From positions 1-24,655 of the IMG/VR virus record IMGVR_UViG_3300033150_002248: 24,655 nucleotides of DNA. The stretch is one strand, 5' to 3'. The translations under genes and the position numbers were made by a program. This document shows positions 23,323 to 24,655 of the stretch, one piece after another. The notes beneath the pieces are model-generated. The model was not told where the DNA came from. It did not search any database and was given only the letters and a program-made list of their open reading frames with translations. This stretch comes from a virus. Taxonomy: Duplodnaviria > Caudoviricetes. Positions within the stretch are counted from its first letter, which is position 1. Every line of letters starts with the position of its first letter.

Positions 23323-24655
23323 TTCAGCGATTGCCCCAGGATCGGATGTTCGTGGCAGCCGCCGATGCCCTTTCATCTGAGAAGCGGCGGGCTTACTGGC
23401 GTTGCACGGGAACGGATGACCACCTGGTTCTCCAGGAAGCTATCGACCACATCTGGACCGAGGGGCGAGGCTGCCTGCGGTTATCCGGGGGAAACTTTCT
23501 GCTGGGTGCCCACCCGGACACGGAACGTGTAGCGGGCACTGGCAAGTTCTACGGCACGAGCGAAGGTAGTGGGGGAAAGTGCTGGCTGGACGTGGGCAGC
23601 GAAGCGAACCGGGCCAAGTTTCAGGCCGGGGACGTAGTGTACCTGCGGGGTGGAGACCGTGGCGGCAATACCCTTGAATACTACGGCTGCCATGGTTGGG
23701 TAGCGGTTACGGACGTTCCCGACACCGGCACCCTGATCCAGCTTTTCAGTATCAGCTACTACAGCTTCGATAACGTGGACTGGGTACGCCCCCAATCTTC
23801 CCTGCGCCTGCGACCTTGGGTTTCCTTGCTGGGGGCCGGGCCACTACACACCATCCTCATTCACCAGGCCGGGGCCAATTGCATCCTTCTGCACACCACC
23901 ACCGAGGGCGACTACGCCGTGGGTGGGCAACACATTCACGAACTCAGCCTGCAAGGCAACTACGCCAACCAGACCCCTGCCCATTCCTGGGAGCATGCCG
24001 GGCTGGTCAACGGGGCTGCCTTCGATGTCCACGTCCGCGACGTAGAGTCCCGCTACTTTCTGGGCACAGGGATAGCAGTCACTTACGGCTGGGGCTACCA
24101 GCAGCGGGGCGCCTGGGTCGAAGATTGCAATGTGGGCATTCAGGCCGATTGGCATGGATTCATCACCGGGGTGAAGGTAGCCCAGAACGGACGCAACTAT
24201 CTGTCCGATGACCCCTACGGCTGCGGAGCACGTTCCGGCTACGTATGCTGGTGCAATTGCGAGATTCACACCGACCGGGACAACATGCCTGCCCTCATCA
24301 TGCACGGGTTCTCCAACTGGGGCGGGGTTGTACAGGGCGGGTTCATCGAATCTACGGCCAATGCTCCCTGCGTGCGGTTCAGCCCGTTTGCCGACAAAGC
24401 CTGTGTAGGCCCCATCCTGGAAGGCGTGAAGTTTCGCCCCCACTCCGGCAGCCCTATCATTGATTTCGCCCCCAGCATGGGAGTAGTGGACAACCCGCGC
24501 ATCACCGGGCATGCTTCCGGTAGCACTTCCCCCCTGACCAGCGGAACGGATCACACCAAGCTGGTCGGGGCTACCGTGGACCTGCGGGGCTACTATCGCA
24601 CCTACCCGGAGAACGCCCTGCGCATCGAATCCCTCCCGGCATGGAACAGCACGGG
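23313..24655 (+). CDS. Right-handed beta-helix protein (tailspike/depolymerase-like), truncated by window end (not in ORF track)
   Basis: The frame is open from ATG 23313 to the window end. CTGTDDHLVLQEAID..GRGCLRLSGGNF cap motif, LRPWVSLLGAG..TILI, IHELSLQGNYANQ, VRDVESRYFLGTGI. Confidence 0.82.
   Translation, partial: MPVIQRLPQDRMFVAAADALSSEKRRAYWRCTGTDDHLVLQEAIDHIWTEGRGCLRLSGGNFLLGAHPDTERVAGTGKFYGTSEGSGGKCWLDVGSEANRAKFQAGDVVYLRGGDRGGNTLEYYGCHGWVAVTDVPDTGTLIQLFSISYYSFDNVDWVRPQSSLRLRPWVSLLGAGPLHTILIHQAGANCILLHTTTEGDYAVGGQHIHELSLQGNYANQTPAHSWEHAGLVNGAAFDVHVRDVESRYFLGTGIAVTYGWGYQQRGAWVEDCNVGIQADWHGFITGVKVAQNGRNYLSDDPYGCGARSGYVCWCNCEIHTDRDNMPALIMHGFSNWGGVVQGGFIESTANAPCVRFSPFADKACVGPILEGVKFRPHSGSPIIDFAPSMGVVDNPRITGHASGSTSPLTSGTDHTKLVGATVDLRGYYRTYPENALRIESLPAWNST

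Larger units (their letters stand above)
1..24655 (+). mobile_element. Tailed dsDNA phage or prophage genome segment (replication, packaging, head, putative lysis, tailspike)
   Basis: Terminase, capsid protease, major capsid protein, phage-type PolA and primase-helicase lie in dense co-oriented operons. No host housekeeping genes are present. No integrase is in the window, so lifestyle is undetermined. Confidence 0.96.

Overview
This is a 24.7-kb slice of a GC-rich tailed dsDNA phage or prophage genome, with almost all genes on the + strand. From left to right it holds: small early hypothetical genes; a replication/recombination module (family-4 uracil-DNA glycosylase, PD-(D/E)XK nuclease, AAA_24/Sak4-like ATPase, SSB-like protein, family-A DNA polymerase, and a Zn-finger/TOPRIM primase fused to an AAA+ helicase); a DUF932-like gene; a ParB-N/radical-SAM fusion followed by a 31-aa Lys/Arg-rich peptide and a YkgJ-type Cys-cluster domain; and small and large terminase. 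No portal gene follows the terminase. Its usual place holds three Arg-rich mini-genes and one reverse-strand gene. After these come a Mu-gpI-like protease/scaffold, a head decoration protein, a gpE-like major capsid protein, a putative lysis block with a papain-family protease, and a truncated beta-helix tailspike. The most unusual signal is a family of spacerless 30-bp tandem repeats at three gene junctions. Their hairpin is conserved by compensatory changes and their ends resemble CRISPR repeats. All calls come from manual motif reading; no database search was run.
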